Shown: one piece after another, positions 1-8,957 of the stretch
Layout of the letters: every line of letters starts with the position of its first letter
Numbering within the stretch: the first letter of the stretch is position 1
Origin: Thermoplasmata archaeon
GTDB lineage: Archaea > Thermoplasmatota > Thermoplasmata > RBG-16-68-12 > JAJISG01
Length of the DNA: 64,000 bases
Direction of reading: 5' to 3'
Assembly: GCA_046759185.1 (NCBI GenBank)
Contig: JBHIBO010000007.1
Coordinates: 3,898 to 67,897, forward strand
Notes under the pieces: generated by a model
Seen by the model: only the letters and a program-made list of their open reading frames with translations
Told to the model about the DNA's origin: nothing
The model's database searches: none
Program-made: the position numbers and the translations under genes

Positions 1-253
1 CCTCGCTCATCCGACCCTCAGTTCCGATGGGTTCATCGACGACAGTGGAAAGGATACTCTTGGACGACGGAAAGGGGGCTTACTGCCTCACCTGGCCCCC
101 TCTTCCCCCAGAGGCTTCTCTATGCTAGAATCTTCGAACTCTCGCAACCAGTCAATGGATATGCCCCGAAGGCGGAACAGAATTGGAGGGCTAGGATCGT
201 CGAACCGTTCGCGTAAGGTCTTATGGAAGCGGTGGTCATGCAAGCGCCGTCAG

Positions 254-846
254 ATGGCCTTCGTTCGGTGTGAATTCTGCTCGGCTAAAGTAAAGGAGGA
301 GCGTCTCCGAAGACACCTCGAACTGGTACATCCGGCCGAGCGCAATGCGATCGTTGGAGCCCGCCAGAAGCTCCGCGATCTGCAGCGTGAAGGCGTCGTC
401 GTAAATCCGAGGACTCCTCTCCGCCTTCCCAGGCGATTCATCCTTGTCGCGACCATATCGCGGTTCTCGTCGTCCTTCTTGCCATCAGCCTGCCGAGCCT
501 ACTTCCCGGTTCGACGGCTCAGCACATCCATCCGACCTTGTCCGTTACGGTGAACGGTTAGTCCGTCAGGATCCCCGCGGGCATTGGCATCTCCAGTACC
601 ATCGTGGGATCCATCCACACGCACGGCGAGGGCGGAACCATGCACGTCGAATCGCGAGAGCCCAAGACGCTGGGAGACTTCTTCGCCATATGGGGCCAGC
701 CCTTCGGACCGGACCGGGTCCTTAGCTGCGTGGCCGGCGGGGGGAATGGCCTCACGATGACAGTGAACGGGCAACCGAGTACCTCCTTCGTTCGACTGGT
801 CTTCGAGGACGACCAGGCCACCGCCATCGTTTGTGGGCCGAGATGA
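254..846 (+). pseudogene. Disrupted gene: cytoplasmic C2H2-like Zn finger + TM anchor + extracytoplasmic conserved domain (IHTHGEGG..HVES..LGDFF..WG)
   Basis: ATG 254 gives MAFVRCEFCSAKVKEERLRRHLELVH. A sensible reading then needs a frame change near 390-400 (..RRRRKSEDSS..IAVLVVLLAISL = TM). It also passes an in-frame TAG at 559-561 (..HIHPTLSVTVNG*SVRIPAGIGI..) before ending at 846. The Zn-finger/TM layout mirrors the intact gene 14425..15117. Confidence 0.55.
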
Positions 847-1139
847 GAGTTCAAGCTCCGGCGAGGAGGGACGATTGGATGCCCGCTCGGCCAAATCGAG
901 CATCATTGTGGTTGGAAACGCGCCTTTCATGAATCGGGGCACGATCTGAGACGGGCCCCTGGGCGGGAGGACATCACCTTCCTAGCACCGGGTCCTCCAT
1001 CCCCGTTGGGCTTGGTTTGTGTCATTTCTCGAGGGGTACCTTATCGCCTAGTGGCGACATCGCCCCAGACTGTCGAGAGTGAAGGTACGCTCCCGCTGCC
1101 GAATACGGTACGACGTGGGGGCCCGCTGGACCACGTGAG

Positions 1140-1355
1140 TCATTGCTTCGGTGCCCTTCCGTCCATATGGGCAACCAGACAGGCAGGGGAGCAGAATTGT
1201 AGCTGTCGTGCTTCCGACTCGACCCTGAACACCATGGCGCCGGCGGTCATGCCCATGCCGCAGAGGTCGCAAGCGCGATGTACCGCCGCGTCGCTTCGAA
1301 CGGGTTGACCACAGAGGGGACAGTGCATCTCGATTACTACAGAATTGCCTACCAC
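1140..1355 (-). CDS. Small Cys-rich metal-binding protein (TRASH/YHS-like)
   Basis: 71-aa ORF with CPLCG and CDLCGMGM..(20)..FCSPAC, the C-x2-C..C-x3-C spacing typical of TRASH/YHS domains. Amino-acid composition is normal. Confidence 0.45.
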   Translation of the reverse strand: MVGNSVVIEMHCPLCGQPVRSDAAVHRACDLCGMGMTAGAMVFRVESEARQLQFCSPACLVAHMDGRAPKQ

Positions 1356-1390
1356 TGAGCGACCTCTCCACCTCGCTCTGTCCCCATCGG

Positions 1391-1723
1391 CTAGCAGCAG
1401 CCCCCTTTGCTAGAGCGCTTTGGTCGGCGGCGGGGAGCGCGGCGGGAGGCGCGGCGGGCGTGATTCTCGCTGCAGAACGGTCTTCCACCTTTCACGAAGT
1501 ATCCAGTCTTCGACAGTCTGGCACCACAATGGGCACACGCCTGTGTCCGGAGCCCCAATACACCGCCTCGCCTCGTCCATGCCTTCCTCGCCTCTTTGGA
1601 TTGTCGGCTTCCAACCAGAACGCGGGGCAGGCAGATGCCCTTACCATTTGGCAAGAGGGCCCCCCAGCCGCTTTCGCAGATGCAAGGCCGACTACGAAAC
1701 GGGGCCCGGAGTAGGCAGTACAT
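1391..1723 (-). CDS. Small basic protein with TRASH/YHS-like motif; start uncertain (TTG at 1558 possible)
   Basis: C-terminal CAHCGARLSKTGYFVKGGRPFCSENH followed by an Arg-rich tail ending GGCC. The upstream part of the ORF is Arg-rich and may not be translated. Confidence 0.3.
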   Translation of the reverse strand: MYCLLRAPFRSRPCICESGWGALLPNGKGICLPRVLVGSRQSKEARKAWTRRGGVLGLRTQACAHCGARLSKTGYFVKGGRPFCSENHARRASRRAPRRRPKRSSKGGCC

Positions 1724-1778
1724 CAGGTGGGTACGCCGTAAGGGGGCTTGCTGCCGTGACCTGGCCCCACTGGCCTCC

Positions 1779-2732
1779 TTAGCTTCCACTCGTGTGTTCC
1801 ACCGTGATGACTACGTTTCCCTTCTTGTGTCCTTTGTCGACATACCGGTGAGCCTCGACGATCTGGTCGAGTGGATAGCGTCGATCGATGACCATTCTGA
1901 GCTCTCCCGCTTCAATAAGGTCCTTGAGGAAGACCAGATCTTCCGTCCTCGTGTCTGCTAGCCCACCTATCGCTCTCTTGCCTGTCAATGCCGCCCATAT
2001 CCGTCGAGCAATCGGTGCCAGTGCGTAAGCGCTGAGATAGACCCCACCTTTCTTTAGCGACTTCATGCAACTGAAAAACGAACTCTTGCCCACGGTGTCA
2101 AAGATGAGATCATAGGTCGCGGGTCTGGTGAAATCCTCTTTGGTGTAGTCAATCACCTCGTCGGCTCCCAGCGACCTGACCAAGTCAAGATTCGCGGTGC
2201 TGCACACCCCCGTAACCTCCGCGCCGAAGTACTTGGCGAGCTGTACCGCAGCTGTCCCTACCGCTCCAGAAGCTCCGTAGATGAGAACTCTTTGTCCCCT
2301 CTGGATGTTTCCCTTTCTAAGAAAGTATAGGGAAGATGTTGCCCCGAAGGGAACGGCGGCTGCCTCCTCAACGGTCATGTTGGCGGGTTTTGCGGCGAGC
2401 ATGCCGTTCTCAGGCACGCATTTGTACTCGGTGTAGGCGCCCCTACTTTCCCCGAAAACCTGGTCCCCTTCCTTGAATCGATTTACATCCTTGCCTACTG
2501 CTTCCACTTCTCCCGCTAGCTCAGACCCAATGCGGGTGTTCTTGGGCCTTACGAGGCCCAGGAAAAGCCGTGCCACCCAAGGGTTAGCTCCTCGCATGCG
2601 CACATCTCCTGCAGTGACTGCGGTTGCTGATATTCTTATCAGCACCTCATTGTCCTGGGGAGTCGGTTTCTCGATCTCCTTGACCTGAAGAACGTCTGGT
2701 GGTCCGTATCGTGTATAGACGACCACTTTCAT
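1779..2732 (-). CDS. NAD(P)H quinone oxidoreductase / zinc-type alcohol dehydrogenase family (MDR superfamily)
   Basis: [25 protein letters not shown].., Rossmann motif [17 protein letters not shown], and a C-terminal ..[18 protein letters not shown] typical of MDR quinone reductases. The ORF track start at 2747 is GTG; ATG at 2732 is preferred. Confidence 0.85.
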   Translation of the reverse strand: MKVVVYTRYGPPDVLQVKEIEKPTPQDNEVLIRISATAVTAGDVRMRGANPWVARLFLGLVRPKNTRIGSELAGEVEAVGKDVNRFKEGDQVFGESRGAYTEYKCVPENGMLAAKPANMTVEEAAAVPFGATSSLYFLRKGNIQRGQRVLIYGASGAVGTAAVQLAKYFGAEVTGVCSTANLDLVRSLGADEVIDYTKEDFTRPATYDLIFDTVGKSSFFSCMKSLKKGGVYLSAYALAPIARRIWAALTGKRAIGGLADTRTEDLVFLKDLIEAGELRMVIDRRYPLDQIVEAHRYVDKGHKKGNVVITVEHTSGS

Positions 2733-2743
2733 GGAGGATGCCC

Positions 2744-3390
2744 TCACTGATGCCCGGGTGGATCACCACGGTCTACCGCTATGACTACTTTTCCTGGCCT
2801 GTCCGGCTCCAAGATACGTGATAGCTGTAGGAACGTCACCTAACGAGTAATGTCGATCGATGACTGGTACCACTCTGCCGGCTTCCAGTGAAGTCTGCTG
2901 AAAGAGCCAGATTCTTGTCTGGTTGGTGGCGCAGGACCACAACTCTTCCTCGTGGCCATTGAAAACCCATCGTTCCAGGGGCCCATAGCCCCGCCCAGGA
3001 TTCTCGAAGACGTGCACGCCGTGGCCAATGGACGTAGTTCATCAACGAAGGCGAGGAGACGGGGCCGACAATGGCATAAGGGGGGCTTCACGGTCGAGAG
3101 TGTCTCCTTGATCCTGTCGTAGTCGATGGCGACGAGAGGACCCGCTTCCAGGCGTTAGTCCGTTTCGGGAATCTGGGACCGGTGCGGGTCGAGACGGCAC
3201 ACAACCTCCTCTTCGCTGCCCTCTCTGAAGAGGGTGGGATCTGCTCGACACCAGGAATGACGGCTCTACCGCCCTGGAGAATGGAGAGGTCCATACCGTC
3301 CCTTTTGATAGCGTGGAGGCGAAGAGGTAGTCAGGTAGGTTGAGACCCATCACAGATCGGTCTCTTTGGTCCCCAAAGGTTGAGCCCAAT
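2744..3390 (-). pseudogene. Decayed tandem paralog of the MDR oxidoreductase
   Basis: ..WLFQQTSLEAGRVVPVIDRHYSLGDVPTAITYLGAGQAR aligns with ..[38 protein letters not shown] of the neighbouring gene. The canonical ending GKVVIAV is reached only after a 1-nt frame change near 2790. Upstream (to about 3390) only short protein-like fragments in three frames remain. Confidence 0.5.
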
Positions 3391-3590
3391 CCTGGCGGGT
3401 GGTCGAGCGAAGTTGGAGGAGGAGCTCTTGGCGTCTGAACAGGGTCTCGGCACGAGGTATTAGGAGTACGTCAGGCAGACAGCCCGTTTCCTATCCCGAA
3501 GCTCTCGGGGTTTCGAGCAGGGCAGCCGGCCCACCGCCCCTATCCGCAGAGTACATAGCCCCTTGTCCCCCTCCTCCGCGTGGGAGCGTG

Positions 3591-4205
3591 ATGGCGGAAA
3601 AGCAGGGGGGCGTTTTGGACACGTTTGTCTACGAGGATCCGAGGGCATCCCTCCCTGTCTGGTACGTCGAGGAGGGTCTAGTCGGGCGGGAGGCCCTCCT
3701 GAGTCACTTCCAACCAGGACGGGGTGCCGCTGTGGCGTGGCGAGTGGAGACGCAGAGTGGAAACCCGGTGGCGGGGACGGGGGTCCCGGCCCTGCTTCTC
3801 ATGATGGAGGAGAAGGCGCTACGGCTTCCGAGGGGGTACGTGAGGGAGGATTTCGTGATTCAGGGCCTCTACGCGGTCTTCAACTGCTGTCCCCATCTGT
3901 GTTGCCAACCGGGTTGGCGGTTCACCCCGCGGGAGGCGCAGCGTGCAAACCTCGGGTACGACGCGGTCTACTGCCCGTGCCACGCGTCCCAGTTCGATCC
4001 TGGACGCCTCGAGCCATACCAGCACCCGGGTCGGACCGGCGGCGAAGAGGGGGAGTACCTTGGGATCTACAAAGTGCCCAACGTAGGGCCCGCCGATCGT
4101 GGCATGCCACTCATCCCCATCAGGCTGGAGAAGGGCAAGGTGGTGGGGCAACTGAAGCATCCAGCGTGGTATCGCTATCAGAAGTTCCAGGGGAAGGACC
4201 TGTAG
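3591..4205 (+). CDS. Rieske [2Fe-2S] domain protein
   Basis: Two Rieske boxes are present, CCPHLCC (C-x-H) and CPCHASQFD (C-x-x-H), with appropriate spacing. ATG 3591 is preferred over the Arg/Ser-rich upstream extension. Confidence 0.7.
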   Translation: MAEKQGGVLDTFVYEDPRASLPVWYVEEGLVGREALLSHFQPGRGAAVAWRVETQSGNPVAGTGVPALLLMMEEKALRLPRGYVREDFVIQGLYAVFNCCPHLCCQPGWRFTPREAQRANLGYDAVYCPCHASQFDPGRLEPYQHPGRTGGEEGEYLGIYKVPNVGPADRGMPLIPIRLEKGKVVGQLKHPAWYRYQKFQGKDL

Positions 4206-4239
4206 CGTTCCTCAAGTCCCCGGGTGAGGGGGAACCTCG

Positions 4240-4524
4240 GTGGTGGATGGCACCTCCAATCCGCGACGGGGTCAGGCCGAGGAGATCATGACACCCCCGG
4301 TGATCACCATTGGCCTACATGCCACGGTCCAGGAGGCCCTGGAGCTCATGGCCCAACATGGCTTCCGACAATTGTTGGTCGTGGAGAAGGACAAGCCCGG
4401 GGGGGGCTTGATCGCCCAACGGTTCACCATCCAGGAGGAGGTGGACTTCCTCACCAGCAAGGCCTACCGTCCCGCCAAGGACGCCAGCGGTTCCACCCCT
4501 TCTACAAGGGTAAGGTGGAAGTGA
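4240..4524 (+). CDS. Single CBS-domain protein (possibly a truncated remnant)
   Basis: AEEIMTPPVITIGLHATVQEALELMAQHGFRQLLVVEKDKPGGGLI is a typical CBS motif. Only one CBS repeat is present, whereas they normally occur in pairs, and the 3' end overlaps the malic-enzyme fragment. Confidence 0.4.
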   Translation: MVDGTSNPRRGQAEEIMTPPVITIGLHATVQEALELMAQHGFRQLLVVEKDKPGGGLIAQRFTIQEEVDFLTSKAYRPAKDASGSTPSTRVRWK

Positions 4525-4733
4525 GCCTCAAGGTGCCGATCCGCGGGTTCGACGATTTCGCCATCTGGTACACGCCTGTTGTAGCCGAGCCCTGCAAGGA
4601 CATCTCATGAAACCCGGAGCGGGTCTTCGACCATACGAGCAAGGACAACGCCGTGGCCATCGTCACAGACGGGACCCGGGTCTTGGGGCTGGGAGACACC
4701 GCCGCGCTCGGGACATCGTCGATGCGCCCATGA
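4491..4733 (+). pseudogene. N-terminal fragment of a malic enzyme (paralog of 39523..41790), stop-interrupted and truncated
   Basis: FHPFYKGKVEVSLKVPIRGFDDFAIWYTPVVAEPCKDIS*NPERVFDHTSKDNAVAIVTDGTRVLGLGD matches the ..[12 protein letters not shown]....[24 protein letters not shown].. block of the intact gene. There is an in-frame TGA at 4608-4610. Similarity ends by 4733, long before a full-length enzyme. Confidence 0.6.
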
Positions 4734-4806
4734 AGGCGGGGTTCATCCGAGCGCCGCCATGGAGGAGACGGTCGTCCACGGGTCGTGAGCCGGCGGGGGT
4801 TCCTCT

Positions 4807-5076
4807 TCAGACCTTCTCCAGGAAGGCGATCTCGGGCTCGCTGGCCACGCCGGCGTCGTGCATCGCGCTCTTCAGTTCCTCCGACTTCGTGAACTCCTCG
4901 GCGGCGTCCCAACTCTCAAACTCCGACAGGACGGTCACGAGGTTCGGATTCTCTGTGCTCTGGAACACCATGTCGCCCTTCGACCGGGGATTGCTGGGCT
5001 CCAGCTGATAGGCCTCATACACCGGCTTCCACTTGGCAAAGTCCTCGACAGCGTGGGTGATCAATACGTAAACCAT
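4807..5076 (-). CDS. Small ferredoxin-fold protein (ABM/Dabb-like monooxygenase family)
   Basis: 89 aa with the typical pattern ..V.V...V.D...W...Y.........G.....Q..ENPN.V.V...F.SWDAA..F..S. Composition is clean. Confidence 0.5.
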   Translation of the reverse strand: MVYVLITHAVEDFAKWKPVYEAYQLEPSNPRSKGDMVFQSTENPNLVTVLSEFESWDAAEEFTKSEELKSAMHDAGVASEPEIAFLEKV

Positions 5077-5151
5077 GGTCTTACCCCTCGGGTGAGCCGC
5101 ACGAGCCCGTTGGCTTTAAACCCTCCCGGCTCCGCCCCGAAGCACGCGGTC

Positions 5152-6075
5152 TTAACGTGGCTTGGTGAGCTGCTGGACGAACGTAAACAGGAAGAGGCCG
5201 ATGAAGGCTGCGATCAAGCCCAGGGCCGCAAAGACGTCGAGACGGAGCCAGGGCACCCAATGATGCACCCACCAGTCGACGGAGGCCACGGCGAGCACGT
5301 AGACGGTTACGTAGACGTAGAGGAAGGCGATCAGGCCGAAGACGAACAGGGCCCTCCCCGTTGCACCAAGAACGGCCATGCGCAGGCTGACGGAGAGGGA
5401 ATCCTTGCCTCGAGTCAGCGCCGTCAAGAAAGGCGGAGTCCGGACCCGGGTATCGGCGATCTCTCCCTCCCGTAGCTCTCGGGAAAGGGACGCGGCCTCT
5501 CGCTCCCACGTTACGCCGAGAAGCGCCATCAAGCCCCCAAACAATCCGGCGGCAGCCAGGACTGAACCCAGGGCACCGGTCACGTCGAAGGTGGCGATAG
5601 GAAGCACCTTCACTTCCGGGGCAACCAGGGCGAGCCGAGCGGGTTCAAACGGATCCTGGGTTCCTGTTCCTGTGGCGCGGATGACGGCGGTGGCGGCGAC
5701 GCCCTGTGACTCCCCCGTCACAAAGATCCGTAGGGGTGTCTGCCCATTTTCCAAGCCACCCACAACAAGCAGGTCGACCGGGACGCCTCCGAAGTCCTGG
5801 ACCCGTTCGATGGACAGGACGGGTCCCTGCACAACCAGGATCTCGCCAAGGTAGAGGGCCGGGTTCTCCTGCAGCCCATCGATGACGCGCGATTCCAGCA
5901 CGCGATCAAATTGTATCCGATCGGAACCCCCCAGGACCGCTCCTAGGCCCACTGCCAAGCCGAGAAGGCCCAAGGCGATGACAAGGACAAAGAGAAAGGT
6001 CCAGGCCATGCTCGACAGGTGCCTTGGGATCGCCCCGCGCGGTTTCCCGCGGTCCTTCATGCTCGTTTCAGGCAA
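5152..6075 (-). CDS. Membrane protein, unknown function
   Basis: N-terminal TM (WTFLFVLVIALGLLGLAVGLGAVLG), a soluble middle domain and C-terminal TM helices. I recognise no named motif. Confidence 0.6.
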   Translation of the reverse strand: MPETSMKDRGKPRGAIPRHLSSMAWTFLFVLVIALGLLGLAVGLGAVLGGSDRIQFDRVLESRVIDGLQENPALYLGEILVVQGPVLSIERVQDFGGVPVDLLVVGGLENGQTPLRIFVTGESQGVAATAVIRATGTGTQDPFEPARLALVAPEVKVLPIATFDVTGALGSVLAAAGLFGGLMALLGVTWEREAASLSRELREGEIADTRVRTPPFLTALTRGKDSLSVSLRMAVLGATGRALFVFGLIAFLYVYVTVYVLAVASVDWWVHHWVPWLRLDVFAALGLIAAFIGLFLFTFVQQLTKPR

Positions 6076-6221
6076 CCAGACTCATCCCCTTCGCCGGCGT
6101 TCCCAGAGCGAACGTGCCGGTTGGACGCCGGTTGTGCGTCGGCCAGAGCTCTGATAAACCTTTGTAAGCGGTTCTCGTCCTCGAAAGCCAGCGTCATCCG
6201 CAGGCGTTAAGTGGCCGATGT

Positions 6222-7874
6222 CTACGGATGGACGGGAACGGAGCGCGCCCGCGGCTCCGCATCCTTCAGGCTCCTCCTTAGGGCGTGGAGCCTTGCCTCA
6301 AGTTTCTTCGTGGCGTAGCTGGCGGTTGCCCAGAGGAGCCCGTGTCGGGTGACGTAGCTGAGGAGAGACGAAGTCCCCCGGCAGGCCAGCCGCCTCCCCT
6401 CCCCGCCTTGGAGGGTGCGGTTCGTCAGCAAAAAGCCCTGGATCATCAACTCGGTCTGGAGCGGGTTGGCCAGGACCTCATCGTAGACCGTCTGTGGTCT
6501 CTTTCGAAGCGCCCCCATAGGAATGAAGGGAAGAGCGTGGACGGTCACCTTGTAGCCCTTGAGACGGTCCATCAGCTCCAGCGCCGCGATGACGTCCTCC
6601 TCCCGCTCCCCTGGGATGTTGATGATCATCGTGGCGCATACAAGCCACCGATGGTCGTTGAGGAGACCAACGGCCTGCTCCACGACGTCCCCGTACTCCT
6701 CAGGCTGATAGGGCAGGACCTTGCCCGGCATGATCTGTTTGATCAGGCGAGGACTGGGGGTCTCGATGCCCATCTCGATGTAGCTCCAACGGTCTTGCGT
6801 CATGTATTCCGCGGCCAAGGGGACGACCTCGGGCTTGGACATGATGGTGGCCGCCGCGCTGAAGTCCGTCTCCAGCGCCACCTCCTCCCCCGTGATCCGA
6901 GAAATCCTCTCCAGGAGGCGTCGCAGCTGGGCCGGATCGGGCGTCAAGCCTCGGACGCCGTAGCGGAAGAACTCCTCCGAGTGGAGGCAGACCGTGTCCG
7001 TGCCTGCCTCGACGTTGAGCCTCACCTCCTTCTCGATGGCCTCGAGGGGCATGGACCGGAACGCCAACAGCGTCGGGTGACAGAACTTGCACCCGCGGCC
7101 ACACCCACGGGTGATCTCCACCATGCCTCCGGTGGAGGGTGTGATGATGGGGGGGATGTCCTCCGCCGGCACGGGTCGGCCGTGCACCACACTAGGGATG
7201 GGATCCCCTCGGACCACTTGGCCGAAGACCTCCGGAATGGTCTTCTCCCCCTCCCCCTCCATCACGCAGTCGATGCCCCACTCCGACGGGTTTGTGAGGT
7301 CGAGGAACTGCCACACCGCTGGTCCGCCGATGATGACCTTCGGGCGGTGCGTCCCAAGGGACGGGTGTTGCAGGACCTCCAGGAAGGCTCGTCGCGTGAA
7401 CGGCCCGCCCTTCGGTGTGTACCCCAGGAGCCGCATGAGAACGTACATGATGCCGCTTCCAAAGCTGACCCCGAGGGGATCCATTGTTGTCAGCCCCAGA
7501 ACCCTCGTCCGCGGGCCTACTACTTCGTCCAACCTCCGGGGATCCGCGATGATGACCTGGTCGCGGGTGAAACCATGATGGAGGAGGATGGACTCCACCT
7601 TGCTGAGGGCGAGCGGCGCCACGGGAATCCTTCCTTCCTCGTTCGATCGAGTTGGGAAGAGCCAGTTTTCCATGAAGGACCGGAAGAACTCATCGGGCAG
7701 GGCTGAGGCAAACGCCCAGTAGGGCATCCCACCGTAGTCGCTCATCATCCCGGCGGATCCCGTCAAGACAATCTCGTAGCCTCCCCTAGGCCCCGAACGG
7801 GCGCCTGAACGGACGGCTGAATCGGATTCCGAGAGGAGAGCCGTCTCAGACAGGGGTCCAGTAAAGGACGTCAT
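6222..7874 (-). CDS. B12-binding-domain / radical SAM protein
   Basis: Radical-SAM cluster motif EITRGCGRGCKFCHPT (C-x3-C-x2-C), preceded by a Rossmann-like N-terminal domain as in archaeal B12-rSAM enzymes. 550 aa, uninterrupted. Confidence 0.85.
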   Translation of the reverse strand: MTSFTGPLSETALLSESDSAVRSGARSGPRGGYEIVLTGSAGMMSDYGGMPYWAFASALPDEFFRSFMENWLFPTRSNEEGRIPVAPLALSKVESILLHHGFTRDQVIIADPRRLDEVVGPRTRVLGLTTMDPLGVSFGSGIMYVLMRLLGYTPKGGPFTRRAFLEVLQHPSLGTHRPKVIIGGPAVWQFLDLTNPSEWGIDCVMEGEGEKTIPEVFGQVVRGDPIPSVVHGRPVPAEDIPPIITPSTGGMVEITRGCGRGCKFCHPTLLAFRSMPLEAIEKEVRLNVEAGTDTVCLHSEEFFRYGVRGLTPDPAQLRRLLERISRITGEEVALETDFSAAATIMSKPEVVPLAAEYMTQDRWSYIEMGIETPSPRLIKQIMPGKVLPYQPEEYGDVVEQAVGLLNDHRWLVCATMIINIPGEREEDVIAALELMDRLKGYKVTVHALPFIPMGALRKRPQTVYDEVLANPLQTELMIQGFLLTNRTLQGGEGRRLACRGTSSLLSYVTRHGLLWATASYATKKLEARLHALRRSLKDAEPRARSVPVHP

Positions 7875-8052
7875 TGCTCTCCCTCCGCGTCCAAGTTCTG
7901 GAAATCAATCTGATGCCCCCGGTGAAGCCGTCATCCTCGACGTAGTCGACATACGATGATTAGGAAATGGACTTTCCGTATGAACTGTAGGGCCAGGCCA
8001 CCTGCTCTCTACATCGAGGTCACCCAAGTGCCCGGAAGCGTGACGCGGTGAC

Positions 8053-8330
8053 CTAGGGGCCCCGCCCTTCCTCTTCCCTCAGAATCTTCTCGGTCTCCCT
8101 CGCGACCCAGCCTCCCCCCGGGCGACGAAAGGCTGCGACATAGTGGCCGCCCACGCCGATGCCCCAGAACACAATCGGGAAGAAGGGCCACGGGAAGGTG
8201 TACGTACCGGTGAAGGGCCCGAAGTAACCATTGCCCCACGCGGCCGGCGTTGACGGCGACGTACAGGGCCAGGTTCAGTGAAAGGCGTAGCGGGCCTCTG
8301 CAATCTCTCGCGCCTCGCGGCGGCGGTTGT
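8053..8330 (-). pseudogene. Frameshifted 2TM-domain-like small membrane protein
   Basis: The pieces ..RREAREIAEARYAF / SLNLALYVAVNAG / AAWGNGYFGPFTGTYTFPWPFFPIVFWGIGVGGHYVAAFRRPGG..EKILREEEGRGP* lie in alternating frames, with a TGA closing the first piece. Joined, they resemble 2TM-domain proteins (basic helix, L..YV.VN TM1, WGIG..H TM2). Confidence 0.4.
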
Positions 8331-8359
8331 CCGCATTCCCGTGCGGCCTCCCCGGGAGG

Positions 8360-8605
8360 CTACCACCCTCTTCCCCACTTCATCCACATGGTGACCCAAA
8401 CGGCCGCTCCGACTCCGAAGAAGACGAGGAGGGCCACGATGACAATGGCAATGTTCTGGTAGACATTGAATCCTCCCGCGAAGAAAAAGAGCCAGATGAT
8501 GATGAAGCTGATAAGACCAAAAAACAGAACGATGGAAAGGGCAATTCGCCAGCCCATCCCCCGCCCCATGGCCCAGGACGGGCGTTCCCATTCATCCTCG
8601 TCCAT
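8360..8605 (-). CDS. Small two-TM membrane protein (paralog of 8642..8893)
   Basis: 81 aa. It shares ..W......GF..(Y/F)QN....V.A.L...G.....A.WV.. with its neighbour. Confidence 0.6.
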   Translation of the reverse strand: MDEDEWERPSWAMGRGMGWRIALSIVLFFGLISFIIIWLFFFAGGFNVYQNIAIVIVALLVFFGVGAAVWVTMWMKWGRGW

Positions 8606-8641
8606 ACCCCGTCCCCCTGATCGCTCGGTCCCTTGGGCCTC

Positions 8642-8893
8642 CTATTTGGGATACATGCTGAGGCCTGTGGAGACCCACGCGGCCCCGATGATGCCGCCGG
8701 CCCCGATGAGAGATGCCACCACGACCATGAGGTTCTGGAACCAATCGAATCCGGACGACCAGAAGGCCCAATAGACCAGGATTCCTGCCAACCATAAAGT
8801 GCCCACTAGAATCGATACAATGACGGCCCACGTTGCCCTTCGGGCCACTCTCTCAGCTGTGGATCGACTCTCCTTCTTTGATGCCTCGGCCAC
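8642..8893 (-). CDS. Small two-TM membrane protein (paralog of 8360..8605)
   Basis: 83 aa with the same hydrophobic pattern and GFDWFQN / AAWV motifs as the downstream gene. Confidence 0.6.
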   Translation of the reverse strand: MAEASKKESRSTAERVARRATWAVIVSILVGTLWLAGILVYWAFWSSGFDWFQNLMVVVASLIGAGGIIGAAWVSTGLSMYPK

Positions 8894-8957
8894 GGACTCC
8901 CCCAGGGGCCGGGGAGCCGGTCAGGTGTAGATAAATGTTTCTTGATGAGGCAACCAC

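Noticed and set aside
122-253. Upstream part of the 122..553 ORF (MLESSNSRNQ..)
   Set aside because: It is an Arg/Ser/Asn-rich lead with no similarity to the paralog's N-terminus. The homologous protein starts at the Zn finger, so ATG 254 is used.
559-561. In-frame TAG (also TGA at 4608-4610 and 15537-15539) as pyrrolysine/selenocysteine or stop-codon recoding
   Set aside because: Each stop co-occurs with frameshifts or truncation in the same gene. Intact genes in the window end normally at TAG, TGA or TAA. No SECIS-like hairpin or Pyl/Sec machinery is visible here.
6285-7706. 473-aa ORF on the plus strand, antisense to the radical-SAM gene
   Set aside because: It has Arg/Gly/Pro/Leu-rich shadow-frame composition and no motifs, and it overlaps a gene with a clear CxxxCxxC signature. 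Long antisense ORFs are expected in GC-rich DNA because stop codons are rare.
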